A stretch of 34,186 nucleotides of DNA, from positions 1 to 34,186 of the forward strand of contig JBGUDX010000001.1 in NCBI GenBank assembly GCA_041821645.1. Reading direction: 5' to 3'. The stretch is from Acidobacteriota bacterium. GTDB lineage: Bacteria > Actinomycetota > Thermoleophilia > Solirubrobacterales > 70-9. The first letter of the stretch is position 1. Each line of letters starts with the position of its first letter. Position numbers and translations under genes: made by a program. Below are positions 23,600 to 30,360 of the stretch, piece after piece. A model generated the notes under the pieces. That model saw nothing but the letters and a program-made list of their open reading frames with translations, was not told the origin of the DNA and made no database searches.

Positions 23600-24055
23600 A
23601 TGCGCGTTTCGGCAAAATCCGATTATGCGGTGAGGGCCGCGATCGAGCTGGCGGCCTCGCCCGAAGGGCCGGTGAAGGGCGAGCGGCTGGCCGGCGCCCA
23701 GGATATCCCGCTCCAGTTTCTCGAGCACATCCTGCTCGATCTCAAGCACGCCGGGATCATCCGGGCCCGCCGGGGCGCCCGGGGCGGGTACTGGCTGGCC
23801 AGGCCCGCAAGCCAGGTCACCGTCGCCGATGTGATCCGGGCCGTCGAGGGCCCGATCGCCCACGTTCAGTCGGCGCCGCCGGAATCGATCACCTACGGCG
23901 GCAGCGCCAGGGAGCTTCAGACCGTCTGGATCGCCGTCCGGGCGAGCCTGCGCTCGGTGCTCGAGTCGGTAACCCTGGCCGATCTCGTCAACCGTGAACT
24001 GCCTGCCGGAGTTCAGGAACTGGCCGGGAAGCGCGATGCCTGGCAACCCCGCTAG
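23600..24055 (+). CDS. Rrf2-family transcriptional regulator, cysteine-free (cluster-less type)
   Basis: 'MRVSAKSDYAVRAAIELA', 'IPLQFLEHILLDLKHAGIIRARRGARGGYWLARP' (wHTH). The 151-aa translation contains no Cys. Confidence 0.9.
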   Translation: MRVSAKSDYAVRAAIELAASPEGPVKGERLAGAQDIPLQFLEHILLDLKHAGIIRARRGARGGYWLARPASQVTVADVIRAVEGPIAHVQSAPPESITYGGSARELQTVWIAVRASLRSVLESVTLADLVNRELPAGVQELAGKRDAWQPR

Positions 24056-24827
24056 CCGGTCACGGAGGTTGCGCCGGCCCGGATCGATCCCGCTTCTGCT
24101 CCTGGTCGCGGCTTTCGCCGTTGCCGGATGCTCCGACCGCGAGGCCGACTCGGGGAACCGGGACGATCGGGCGGAAGCGCGCCCGGGACCGGAACCGCCG
24201 GGATCGTCACCCCGGCCCGGCGGGGCCGACCGCGACTGCGGGAGCTTTTCGAATCAGGCCGAGGCCCAGCGGGCCCTGGCCGGCGGAGATCCCCACGGCC
24301 TCGACGGTGATGGTGACGGCATCGCCTGCACCTCACTGCCCTGCCCCTGTTCGAAGGCCGCCGCGGAGGAGGGGAACGGTGATCCGGAGCGCGCCGATGG
24401 AGAGCCTTCTTCCGGGTCATCGTTCCGGGCCCGGGTCGTCTCGGTGACCGACGGAGACACGATCAAGGTCGAGGCGGCAGGGATCGGAATCGAGACGATC
24501 CGTCTGATCGGCATCGACACTCCCGAGGTGTATGGAGGGGTCGAGTGCGGCGGCCGGGAGGCCTCGGATGAGATGAAGCGGCTGGCCACCGGGATGGTCA
24601 CGGTTCGCACCGATCCCAGTCAGGACCTGCGGGACCGCTACGACCGGTTGCTGGCCTACATCGACAAGGGCGGCCGCGATCTCGGCCGGGCCATGGTCGC
24701 GCGGGGACTGGCGCCGACCTACGTCTACGAGACGGTGTTCAGGCGGTATCCGGCCTATAGCGCGGCCGAAAACCGGGCCCGGGCCGCCCGGCGAGGCAGC
24801 TGGAAACCGTGTGATTTCGGCGATTGA
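24036..24827 (+). CDS. secreted lipoprotein nuclease: Excalibur Ca-binding domain plus staphylococcal (thermo)nuclease-like domain
   Basis: Lipobox 'FAVAGCS'. Excalibur-like 'CGSFSNQAEAQRALAGGDPHGLDGDGDGIAC'. SNase-like 'VVSVTDGDTIKVE...IRLIGIDTPEV...DRYDRLLAYI'. The ATG at 24036 overlaps the Rrf2 gene by 20 nt. Confidence 0.8.
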   Translation: MPGNPASRSRRLRRPGSIPLLLLVAAFAVAGCSDREADSGNRDDRAEARPGPEPPGSSPRPGGADRDCGSFSNQAEAQRALAGGDPHGLDGDGDGIACTSLPCPCSKAAAEEGNGDPERADGEPSSGSSFRARVVSVTDGDTIKVEAAGIGIETIRLIGIDTPEVYGGVECGGREASDEMKRLATGMVTVRTDPSQDLRDRYDRLLAYIDKGGRDLGRAMVARGLAPTYVYETVFRRYPAYSAAENRARAARRGSWKPCDFGD

Positions 24828-24842
24828 CCCCCGCCGAATCTT

Positions 24843-26294
24843 TCAGTAGCGGTGGCTCGAGGCCCGGGGTGTCGGACGGGTCAACTCGACCCGTCCCGAG
24901 GCCACGATGTCGACGAAGGTCTCCAGGTGCTCGGTCCGCCAGCACTCGAAAGCGCCGTCGCAATAGGGGATGTAGGCATTCATCACCGAGTCGCCGTAGT
25001 TCCAGTAGAGCTCGGGTTCGGGGTTGAGCCAGAAGGTCCGGTTGGCCCGGTCGGCGACCTTGGCAAAAAGATCCTCTGCCGGAGGCCTGCCGTTGGTCCG
25101 GGCGTCCCCGAGCACGATCACGGTCGATCGGGGGCCCAGATCGCTCGAGACGTCCTCGAAGAACTCCCGCCAGACGCGGCCGTAGTCGGTGTAGCCGGAT
25201 ACGTCGGCGACGCCGCCCTCGGAAGTGATCCGCTCCGAGATGGCGGTGAAGTCCCGTTCGTTCTCGAATACCTGGGTCACCTCGGAAATCCGCTCGATGA
25301 AGACGAAGCTGCGCAGCTTGCGGAACGAGTCGTGGAGCGCATGCAGAACCGAGAGGAAGAAGGTCGCGGCCGAGCTGACTGAGGTCGAAACGTCGCAGAG
25401 CACGTAAATCTCGGGCTTGCGCGGCCGGATCGGCCGGTAACTCAGGTTGAGCGGAACCCCGCCGGTCTCCAGCGATGCACGCATCGTCTTCCGCACATCC
25501 ACGGTCCGGCCCCTGCGGGCGCCGCGGGGATCGTGCCCCAGAGTGGCCAGCCTGCGCTTCATCTGGGTGACCGCCTTGTGGACCGCGGCGAGGTCGCTGG
25601 CACCGCGCATCGGCAGCGCCCGGTTCAGTTCGGCCAGGGGACGGGACGGGGGAAGGGCCTGCTGACGCTCGATCTGGGCACGCTGCAGCTCCCGGCGAAG
25701 CTGTCGCTCGAAGCCGGCGACCTGGTCGCGGTCGAGTGGCTCCCGGCCATCCCCGGAGCTGCCCTCGCCGCGGGTCAAGCCGAGCCCCCGGCGGATCCGC
25801 TGCATGTCCACCCCGACCACGCCGGAGCTCTCGCCGTCCCGGCTGAACGCCTCGATCGCCAGCCGGGCGAGCTCATTCAGGGTCGATTCGTCACCGGACT
25901 CGATCGCTTCCCGGATCGCCTCGGCGAGCGACTCTGGATCGAACGCTTCCTGATTGGCCTCGGAAAGCCGGGCCTGTCGCGGGGAGTCGCCCTCGGGCGA
26001 GTGTTCCAGCGCAGCGGCCTCGGTCGCCCGGAAGAAGTGGCGGTCGAACACGAGGTCGAAGATCTCACGGTCCTTCGGTGATTTGGCGACCGTGGTCGCC
26101 AGGGATTCCCGGAAATCCACCCTGCTCTGCCACGGCACGATTTCGAGTGCGCTGAAAGCGTCCTGGATCTCGGAGGTGCCGATCGCGACCCCTTCGTTTC
26201 TCAGGTCCTCGCAGAACGCGAGGATGCTCTCGGTCATGCCCGAGGGCAGCGGCTCCCCGGCGCGGTCGCCGTCGGGTTTTCGACCGGCGGTCAC
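24843..26294 (-). CDS. VWA domain protein, CoxE-like
   Basis: MIDAS 'CDVSTSVS' and the C-terminal 'VIVLGDARTNG...FWLNPEP..W' pattern of CoxE-type VWA proteins. GTG start 2 nt after the upstream MoxR stop; an alternative ATG lies at 26237. Confidence 0.85.
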   Translation of the reverse strand: MTAGRKPDGDRAGEPLPSGMTESILAFCEDLRNEGVAIGTSEIQDAFSALEIVPWQSRVDFRESLATTVAKSPKDREIFDLVFDRHFFRATEAAALEHSPEGDSPRQARLSEANQEAFDPESLAEAIREAIESGDESTLNELARLAIEAFSRDGESSGVVGVDMQRIRRGLGLTRGEGSSGDGREPLDRDQVAGFERQLRRELQRAQIERQQALPPSRPLAELNRALPMRGASDLAAVHKAVTQMKRRLATLGHDPRGARRGRTVDVRKTMRASLETGGVPLNLSYRPIRPRKPEIYVLCDVSTSVSSAATFFLSVLHALHDSFRKLRSFVFIERISEVTQVFENERDFTAISERITSEGGVADVSGYTDYGRVWREFFEDVSSDLGPRSTVIVLGDARTNGRPPAEDLFAKVADRANRTFWLNPEPELYWNYGDSVMNAYIPYCDGAFECWRTEHLETFVDIVASGRVELTRPTPRASSHRY

Positions 26295-26296
26295 GG

Positions 26297-27277
26297 TCAG
26301 TCCGGGTCGGGGGATTTCCCGCCGTCTGCCGGCCCACCGTCGCCGGATGCGCTCGCGGCGCCGTTGTCGCCGGCCCGGCTGCTCCGGCCCAGACGGGGGC
26401 CGATGCGCTCGGCGACCAGATCCAGGTCGGTCCGGTGCTTGATGATTATCGAGAGCGACTCGTTGAAGACCTTGCCGTCGATGTCATCGGCACCCATCAG
26501 GATCAGGGTGCGGGCCCAATCGATCGACTCGGCGATCGACGGCGGCTTCTTCAGATCCAGTTCGCGCACCATGTCCACGATCTCGACCAGCCGGCCGGCG
26601 AGAGCCTGGTCGATCTCGGGGGCGTGCAGCCGGATAATCTCGATTTCACGCTCGGCCGAGGGGTAGTCCAGCCAGAGATACAGGCAGCGGCGCTTCAGCG
26701 CCTCGGTCAGTTCGCGTGAGTTGTTCGAGGTCAGCAGCACGATCGGATGTGTGGTTGCCTCGATCCGGCCCATCTCCGGGATCGTGATCTGGAAGTCAGA
26801 GAGCAGTTCGAGCAGCATCGCCTCGAACTCCTGGTCGGTCTTGTCTATTTCGTCGATCAGCAGCACGACCGGCTCCGGATTGGCGATCGCCCGCATCAGT
26901 GGCCGCTCGAGCAGGAAGTCCTCGGTGAAGATCTCGCCCATGGTCGGGGCGGTGTCCTTGTCGTCCTCATGGATCGCGGCCGAAGCCTGGATCTGGAGCA
27001 GCTGCTTGCGGTAGTTCCACTCGTAGAGTGCCTTTGCCTCGTCGAGGCCCTCGTAGCACTGGAGGCGGACCAGCTCGCGGCCGGTCGAGCGTGAAAGCGC
27101 CTTGGCGAGCTCCGTCTTCCCGACCCCTGCCGGCCCTTCGACCAGCACCGGTTTTCCCAGGCGTTGCGCGAGAAAGGAGATCAGCGCGGTCGAGTCGTCG
27201 GCAAGGTAGGAGGCCTCACGCAGCGCGGCGGCGACCGATTCGGGGCTTTCGGGCAGATCGGACGGAGAAATCGGCAT
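26297..27277 (-). CDS. MoxR-like AAA+ ATPase (CoxD-like)
   Basis: Walker A 'GPAGVGKTELAKAL', Walker B 'VLLIDEIDK', 'LQCYEGLDEAKALYEWNY'. I start it at the ATG at 27277 (M42), because the longer ORF would run across the divergent ppk2 start. Confidence 0.9.
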   Translation of the reverse strand: MPISPSDLPESPESVAAALREASYLADDSTALISFLAQRLGKPVLVEGPAGVGKTELAKALSRSTGRELVRLQCYEGLDEAKALYEWNYRKQLLQIQASAAIHEDDKDTAPTMGEIFTEDFLLERPLMRAIANPEPVVLLIDEIDKTDQEFEAMLLELLSDFQITIPEMGRIEATTHPIVLLTSNNSRELTEALKRRCLYLWLDYPSAEREIEIIRLHAPEIDQALAGRLVEIVDMVRELDLKKPPSIAESIDWARTLILMGADDIDGKVFNESLSIIIKHRTDLDLVAERIGPRLGRSSRAGDNGAASASGDGGPADGGKSPDPD

Positions 27278-27329
27278 AAAGCAACAATAGGGACCGCCGG
27301 GGAGTTGCCGCGGGCGATACGGTTGTTCC
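27278..27329. promoter_or_regulatory. 52-bp divergent promoter region with two TANNNT-N6-ATG arrangements (predicted leaderless transcripts in both directions)
   Basis: Plus strand: TACGGT (27318-27323), then 6 nt, then ATG 27330. Minus strand: TATTGT (complement of 27284-27289), then 6 nt, then ATG 27277. Neither start codon has an SD sequence. Confidence 0.4.
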
Positions 27330-28091
27330 ATGGGGCGTCTGGACGAGGTCGATCTCTCGCTGAAGTACAAGCGCAAGGAGGGCGAGAAGCGTCTGCGCAA
27401 GGCTCAGAAGCGTCTGGCCGCGCTCCGCCTGACCTTGGGAGGCCAGCTCGGAGCCGGCGAACTCGGGCCTCCCGTCTGCATTCTGTTCGAGGGCTGGGAT
27501 GCCTCCGGAAAGGGAGGTGCGATCAAGCGGCTGGTCGCGCCGCTGGACCCGCGGCACGTCCGGGTGGTCCAGTTTTCGGCGCCGAGCGAGGACGAGCTCA
27601 GGCACCACTTCCTGTGGCGGTTCTGGCCGTCGCTGCCGGGGTTGGGCGGGATGGCAATCTTCGATCGCACCTGGTACGGCCGGGTACTGGTCGAGCGGGT
27701 CGAGGGACTGGCGAGCAAGAAAGAGTGGAAGCGGTCATACCGCGAGATCCGGGAATTCGAGCGGGCCCTGGTCGACGAGGGCACGATTCTGATCAAGTTC
27801 TGGCTCCACCTCTCGCCCGAGGAACAGCTGAGCCGGTTCGAGGCTCGGGCCGACACCCCGCTCAAGCAGTGGAAGCTGACCGACGAAGACTGGCGAAACC
27901 GCGAACGGCGCGCCGACTACGCCAAGGCGGTCGAGGAGATGTTCAGGAAGACCGGCGCCGAGGGCGCCTGGTGGCACGTGATCCCGGGCGACTCGAAGCG
28001 CTTTGCCCGGGTGGCGGTACTCCAGACGGTGATCAGCGAAATCGAGTCCGGGATGAAGCGCTGGGGGATCGAGCCGCCCTCACTCGATTGA
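27330..28091 (+). CDS. ppk2: polyphosphate kinase 2 (single-domain PPK2)
   Basis: 'ILFEGWDASGKGGAIKRL' (PPK2 Walker A), 'IFDRTWYGRVLVERV', 'KFWLHLSPEEQLSRF', 'PLKQWKLTDEDW'. Confidence 0.9.
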   Translation: MGRLDEVDLSLKYKRKEGEKRLRKAQKRLAALRLTLGGQLGAGELGPPVCILFEGWDASGKGGAIKRLVAPLDPRHVRVVQFSAPSEDELRHHFLWRFWPSLPGLGGMAIFDRTWYGRVLVERVEGLASKKEWKRSYREIREFERALVDEGTILIKFWLHLSPEEQLSRFEARADTPLKQWKLTDEDWRNRERRADYAKAVEEMFRKTGAEGAWWHVIPGDSKRFARVAVLQTVISEIESGMKRWGIEPPSLD

Positions 28092-28538
28092 TATGTCGGT
28101 GACCCGGGGCTCGTCCGGCCCGGAACCGCCGTTCCGGTCAGCCGCCGGCTGTCCGGAGCCCGCCCCGCCCCGGCCGGGGCCGCTCGAATCCGGGCCGGCG
28201 TGGCGGCCGGCACCGTCGAACGGGTCGGCGCCCGTTCTTTCGGCGTAGGCCACGGCGAAAGCCCGGAGAATCTGGAAGGCCTCGTTCTGGATCGACTGCA
28301 GCTGCTGGCGGATCTCCGGCGACGCGGTTGCCCTCAGCAGATCGGCCGACCGGCAGATCGGACACCACTCCAGGCATTCATGCTGGTCGCCCCGGTCAGC
28401 CCGGCCGGGATCGTCCTGACCCGGGTCTTCGCTGCTGGAGCGACCGGCACGGGTCTGGGAGAATTGACCCCAGAAACGGTCCGCGCCGGGCGGCAGGTTC
28501 TCGGTCGGTTCGCTGTCAGGCTGGTGCGGGTTGGACAT
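28080..28538 (-). CDS. hypothetical protein with a C-x3-C-P-x-C motif and a Gly/Pro-rich tail
   Basis: GC3-rich frame. 'HECLEWCPICRSADLL' is followed by a helical 'IRQQLQSIQNEAFQILRAFAVAYAE'. ATG at 28538 (M19 of the ORF) overlaps the ArsA-like stop region by 23 nt. The 3' end overlaps the convergent ppk2 by 12 nt. Confidence 0.5.
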   Translation of the reverse strand: MSNPHQPDSEPTENLPPGADRFWGQFSQTRAGRSSSEDPGQDDPGRADRGDQHECLEWCPICRSADLLRATASPEIRQQLQSIQNEAFQILRAFAVAYAERTGADPFDGAGRHAGPDSSGPGRGGAGSGQPAADRNGGSGPDEPRVTDISIE

Positions 28539-29700
28539 CTTCGTAGGTAATTTCGAGGGTTCCGTCTTCAAATGCGGCCCGGCTGGGATCACGCTGGGCC
28601 AGGCCCGAGGGGAGAATGATAGTGCGGCGCACGTCTCCGATCGTAATCACCAGTTCGTCGCCGGCATGCTGCAGGCCGATCTCCTCCTTTTCCACGAACG
28701 GCGCCAGCAGCCTGATGACCGTGCGCCCGTCCTCGCTGGTGACCTCCCGGGCGAGGCCCGGGTGGTAGATCTGGTCGGGCTCGTCCTCGCCGAACAGCTC
28801 CCGGCTCAGGCGGCCGTGCATTTCCTCGCCGATAACTTCCTCCTCGAAGTAACGGGAGGTGAGGATCGGGATCGGCGAGAAGCCCTGCTCGACCGCGACG
28901 AGCTGCTCCGCCTGGTGGGCCAGCCAGCCGCCGAAGTACGTTCCCTCGACCTCGTCGGGAAATACGCGATTGACCACCACCGCGTCAGTCTGGTAGCCGT
29001 AGAGGCAGAGATAAGTGAAGGTCCGCCGGGCCTCGTTGACCACCATCCTGTCGGGATTCATCACGAGGCGTATCGAGCAGTGCCGATGATCGCGCAGGAT
29101 CTCATCCATCGCCAGCAGGTTGCGGATCAGGTGGTCGACCTCGTCCATCAAGTCGGGGTCCGGCAGCGGAAGCTCGAGGGCGCGGGCCAGCGGGGCCGCA
29201 GCCCCCAGCAGGCTGCGATTCCAGGGGAACGCCTTCTTTACCCACCACTGGGCGACCTCCGGAAACCCCAGCAGCCGAAGGGTCTCGCCGCTGGGGGCGC
29301 AGTCGACGATGAGCACGTCGAACTCGTCGGCGTCCCAGTGGCGCTTTATCTGAAGCAGCGAGAACAGTTCGTCCATGCCGGGGGGGACGGTCAGCTCTTC
29401 GGCCCGGATGCGGTCTACCCCCTGGTTGAGCAGCAGGCCGGTCATCCAGGTCGAGACCCGGTCCCAGTTGCGCCTCATCTCGGCCGCGGCGAGGACTTCC
29501 TGCCCCCAGAGATTCGGTGCGATCTCGGTCGGCTCCGGGCCGAGATCGGAACCGAGTGAGTCGGAAAGGCTGTGGGCCGGGTCGGTCGACATGACCACCG
29601 TCTTCCGGCCGGCCGAGGCGCAGCGCCGGGCCGTGGCGGCGGCGACGCTGGTCTTGCCAACGCCTCCCTTGCCGGTATAGAGGATCGTGCGGGGTGGCAT
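28516..29700 (-). CDS. ArsA/Get3-family P-loop ATPase fused to a C-terminal HSP20/alpha-crystallin-like domain
   Basis: 'ILYTGKGGVGKTSVAAATA' (deviant Walker A), 'STDPAHSLSD'. The C-terminal ~85 aa ('TVIRLLAPFVEKEEIGLQHAGDELVITIGDVRRTIILPSGL...FEDGTLEITY') have an HSP20-like beta-sandwich pattern. Confidence 0.9.
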   Translation of the reverse strand: MPPRTILYTGKGGVGKTSVAAATARRCASAGRKTVVMSTDPAHSLSDSLGSDLGPEPTEIAPNLWGQEVLAAAEMRRNWDRVSTWMTGLLLNQGVDRIRAEELTVPPGMDELFSLLQIKRHWDADEFDVLIVDCAPSGETLRLLGFPEVAQWWVKKAFPWNRSLLGAAAPLARALELPLPDPDLMDEVDHLIRNLLAMDEILRDHRHCSIRLVMNPDRMVVNEARRTFTYLCLYGYQTDAVVVNRVFPDEVEGTYFGGWLAHQAEQLVAVEQGFSPIPILTSRYFEEEVIGEEMHGRLSRELFGEDEPDQIYHPGLAREVTSEDGRTVIRLLAPFVEKEEIGLQHAGDELVITIGDVRRTIILPSGLAQRDPSRAAFEDGTLEITYEDVQPAPA

Positions 29701-29730
29701 CAGACCCGCGAGCGTATAGGCTGCCCGGCC

Positions 29731-30360
29731 TTGAGACGGGTATGCCTCTGTCTGATCCTGCTTCTGCCTGCCGCCGCGGCTCCCGGTTTGGCGGGCTGCG
29801 GCGACGACGACTCTCCGGATCCCGAATCGGTGGTCCGCAGCACCCTGAACCCCTCGAGCCCTTCGGCCGGCGCGGTCGCCGATGCCCGGGTGGTGGTGGA
29901 GTCACTCGGATTCGGCGACCGGGTGCTCGACAGCAGGACGGTTCCGGTCGACGCCGATGCCTATGAGGCGCTCAGGCGGGCCCTGTCGGTCCGGGGCGAT
30001 GGCGGTCTCGCCTCGCTGCTGCGCGATCTCAGCTGGGAGGGGACCGAACAGCTGGACGGCGTCAGCACCGACCACGTCTCCGGGTCGATTGATGTCGAAG
30101 GGCTGATCCGGAAGCTGGGCAGGCTCGACGCGTCCGGGGCCGGCGCCGCTCCGGCCGGCGCCCTGCCGGGCATATCGGACATGCAGCGGCTCGAAAAGAG
30201 TCTGGTAGGGGCCGAGTTCGATCTCTATTCGGCCACCAGCGACCGGCGCCTCGAGCGGCTCGACCTGACGCTGGCCGTCGATGACCCCGATAATGCGCTT
30301 CCACCCACCCGGATCAGGTTCAGCCTGACCGTCGACCGACCGAGCGAGATCGCCGAATAG
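29731..30360 (+). CDS. putative lipoprotein (possibly LolA/LprG-like fold)
   Basis: Frame of ORF 29572-30360, but the only sensible start after the divergent ArsA start is the TTG at 29731. That gives the lipoprotein signal MRRVCLCLILLLPAAAAPGLAGC. 'GTEQLDGVSTDHVSGSIDV' is reminiscent of LppX/LprG-type proteins (weak). Confidence 0.55.
   Translation: MRRVCLCLILLLPAAAAPGLAGCGDDDSPDPESVVRSTLNPSSPSAGAVADARVVVESLGFGDRVLDSRTVPVDADAYEALRRALSVRGDGGLASLLRDLSWEGTEQLDGVSTDHVSGSIDVEGLIRKLGRLDASGAGAAPAGALPGISDMQRLEKSLVGAEFDLYSATSDRRLERLDLTLAVDDPDNALPPTRIRFSLTVDRPSEIAE

Noticed and set aside
24843-27277. The MoxR-VWA pair as an NTP-dependent conflict or defence system.
   Set aside because: The VWA protein has the CoxE-type architecture with no effector or sensor domains. 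There is no third component (such as a beta-propeller or peptidase), and the neighbours are housekeeping-type genes. I treat it as a chaperone or maturation pair with an unknown client instead.
27278-27400. Longer MoxR ORF starting at 27400.
   Set aside because: The extra 41 codons are Arg/Ser-rich, would span the whole divergent promoter region and would overlap the ppk2 start. The ATG at 27277 precedes the conserved N-terminal region and has a TANNNT-N6 arrangement.
29572-29730. Upstream part of ORF 29572-30360.
   Set aside because: It would overlap the divergent ArsA-like gene by 129 nt. The TTG at 29731 yields a textbook lipoprotein signal peptide.
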